In this document: in pieces, positions 30,335 through 32,000 of the stretch
Layout of the letters: each line of letters begins with the position of its first letter
Numbering within the stretch: the stretch's first letter is position 1
Assembly (NCBI RefSeq): GCF_900232105.1
Contig: NZ_LT934425.1
Span: 2,940,001-2,972,000 of the forward strand
Source: Candidatus Kuenenia stuttgartensis
GTDB taxonomy: Bacteria > Planctomycetota > Brocadiia > Brocadiales > Brocadiaceae
Length of the DNA stretch: 32,000 nt
Direction: 5' to 3'
Made by a program: the position numbers and the translations under genes
Notes under the pieces: generated by a model
The model's input: the letters and a program-made list of their open reading frames with translations, nothing else
The model's database searches: none
Told to the model about the DNA's origin: nothing

Positions 30335-31323
30335 TCCATAACAAAGGGTTTGTATGTTTCCTCTTCCATAAGATGTTTTTCCAGTTTGTAAAGCTCCAGC
30401 CTCATGAGTCTTCGATAACTTACCTGTTTATTCAACCCGGAATGTTTAATCGTTTCTTTCAGACGTTCTTCCATGTATTGAAGAAATCGTTTTCTTGCGG
30501 AGTCTTTTAATAGTATTCCGTTCAACTGTTTTTCAAAATCGTTTTCTGTAATGATTTTTTTGTTGAGTACGGCAAAAATTGTCCTGTCACCTATAACGGG
30601 CTTAAATATTTCTGCCACATCCAGGTTAAGTGTGAATCTCCTGAAGTTGGTTGTGTGGAGAAACCCTATGCGCGGGTCAAGGTGTGTCTGGTATATTTCG
30701 GAAAGCACATAGGAATATATCACTGAATTAGAGAAACTTATCAGGGTGTTTAAAAAATCTCTGGGCGGCCTTTTTGTACGCCTTTCAAAGGAAAACTCCG
30801 GATCGTCAATAATACAATTAAAGGCGTTGTAGTATAATTGCTTTATCTGGCCTTCAATGGCCATTGCCTTTTCAATACTTTCCTGTTCTTCAAGTTTTGA
30901 AAGAATATCTTCTATCCCGTTTATGTACTGCGTGAGGTCTTTCCCCCGTCTTTCATAATACTTCAGAATCTTAAGGCAGTTTTTTACGGCGCCCTCAATG
31001 AACTTCTTTGCAATAAACTGTCTTTTCGTCTCGTCGGTATAATGGTCTGCCTGTCTTAGAATCATAAAGCCTGAATTGTAATGCTCCCTGGGATAAAAAC
31101 TGCCGGCATAATAGCCGTAGTAATTAAAATAGGAGAGGACGATTTCGTTTTGGGATAGAAAGTTAAGCACCTTCGAGTTCAGATCCGTCTCTCCGAACAT
31201 AAAGATTTCCTTTGTGTTCTCAACGGGAATAAATTTCTTATTTCCATCTTCGGTTTCAAAGAAAAGGGTATTGTCTTTCCGTTTAAGGCGTCCGTTTGAA
31301 AATATATATACAGTTTCTTTCAT
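30328..31323 (-). CDS. cas1: CRISPR-associated endonuclease Cas1 (type I-B-like)
   Basis: 331 aa; YIFSNGRLKRKDNTL..., IPVENTKEIFMFGE, AIEGQIKQLYYNAFN, GFLHTTNFRRFTLNLDVAEIFKPVIGDR motifs. Confidence 0.97.
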   Translation of the reverse strand: MKETVYIFSNGRLKRKDNTLFFETEDGNKKFIPVENTKEIFMFGETDLNSKVLNFLSQNEIVLSYFNYYGYYAGSFYPREHYNSGFMILRQADHYTDETKRQFIAKKFIEGAVKNCLKILKYYERRGKDLTQYINGIEDILSKLEEQESIEKAMAIEGQIKQLYYNAFNCIIDDPEFSFERRTKRPPRDFLNTLISFSNSVIYSYVLSEIYQTHLDPRIGFLHTTNFRRFTLNLDVAEIFKPVIGDRTIFAVLNKKIITENDFEKQLNGILLKDSARKRFLQYMEERLKETIKHSGLNKQVSYRRLMRLELYKLEKHLMEEETYKPFVMDW

Positions 31324-31329
31324 GATTGT

Positions 31330-31881
31330 TTACGACCAGCAAAATTCAAGATATGAGCACGTCTTGCAAAACTTTACCCAAACTTTTTCCGGGGCAGATT
31401 CTTGTTGAATCAGATATTTGATTTTTGCGATTAAATTTTCGACCTCTATTATGCGTTCATCTGTTAATTCTACTGGCACTACCTTTTTTTCTTTTGGTAT
31501 CCGGATCTCCCCTTTGATGGTTCGATCTTTTCTTGAAACATTATAAAGATAAAAGAGCAATTGCATTTGGGAAGCCTCAATCATCCTGGAACTCTTTTTC
31601 GTTTCAATTAAGGTAATAATGCCATCTTTCTGTCTGATAACGTCAATTTTACTACCGTCTATCAGTATTTCCTTTTTATCCCTTTTGTATGTTTCTTCTG
31701 AAAGCAGGCGACCGATAGCAATAAATTCATTATACTGATTACCCGATATATTCCTGGACATCAACCACGCCTGTCTTTGGCAAACAACATATGCCTGCAA
31801 TATTGACCCTGTTACTTTTAGCTGGTCAGACAAAAATAGCCTCTCTTTCTCCGACAGTCTTTTTAAATCCCTCCTGATCAA
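31330..31881 (-). CDS. cas4: CRISPR-associated Cas4 exonuclease; true start probably at the internal codons before KVTGSILQAYVVCQRQAWL
   Basis: N-terminal CQRQAWL and C-terminal CKTCSYLEFC cysteine cluster; GLITLIETKKSSRM matches the RecB-like nuclease core. Confidence 0.9.
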   Translation of the reverse strand: MIRRDLKRLSEKERLFLSDQLKVTGSILQAYVVCQRQAWLMSRNISGNQYNEFIAIGRLLSEETYKRDKKEILIDGSKIDVIRQKDGIITLIETKKSSRMIEASQMQLLFYLYNVSRKDRTIKGEIRIPKEKKVVPVELTDERIIEVENLIAKIKYLIQQESAPEKVWVKFCKTCSYLEFCWS

Positions 31882-32000
31882 GTCCTTTTTCTATGCTATA
31901 AAATTGATGCCAGTTTTCACAATAGTAAAATCCGTGCCTTATCTCTTCATCGATTATTTTTCTAAGTTTTCCATGTTTCGTATAACAGTTGAAAACATTT
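31826..32000 (-). CDS. cas3: Partial CDS, probable C-terminal end of cas3
   Basis: Manual translation enters from the right edge: NVFNCYTKHGKLRKIIDEEIRHGFYYCENWHQFYSIEKGLDQEGFKKTVGEREAIFV*, immediately upstream of cas4, where cas3 sits in type I-B operons. Confidence 0.45.
   Translation of the reverse strand, partial: NVFNCYTKHGKLRKIIDEEIRHGFYYCENWHQFYSIEKGLDQEGFKKTVGEREAIFV

Overview
Accessory-rich 32 kb window, probably from an anammox-type planctomycete (inference from gene content only). Left to right: (1) a left-edge partial AlbA_2/Schlafen-like ORF and a 5'-truncated NYN-domain ORF; (2) an ISAzo13-type DDE transposase in two frames joined at an A9 run and cut off at its C-terminus; (3) a minus-strand group II intron-type reverse transcriptase/maturase interrupted by an in-frame ~24-nt insertion carrying a TGA; (4) a GT39-like membrane protein; (5) a three-gene minus-strand operon (428 aa, 168-180 aa, 661 aa DUF3732-type ATPase) that looks like an ABC-three-component (ABC-3C) conflict system, with ~70-bp imperfect direct repeats on either side; (6) pgi and a small ORF; (7) a di-haem cytochrome c peroxidase with a good promoter and operator-like palindromes; (8) an RND efflux operon (adaptor, AcrB-like pump, TolC-like lipoprotein); (9) a large CRISPR array, 107 repeats by hand count plus decayed units, with cas2-cas1-cas4 and a probable cas3 end on the minus strand. 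The most interesting direct observations are a 227-bp non-autonomous element inserted inside an old CRISPR repeat with an 8-bp target duplication, a second MITE-like element truncating an even older repeat, several overlapping or near-identical spacer pairs (one pair reconstructs the phage tail-fibre-like peptide GSTNKYYTDARVNAAVGS), and the ABC-3C operon.
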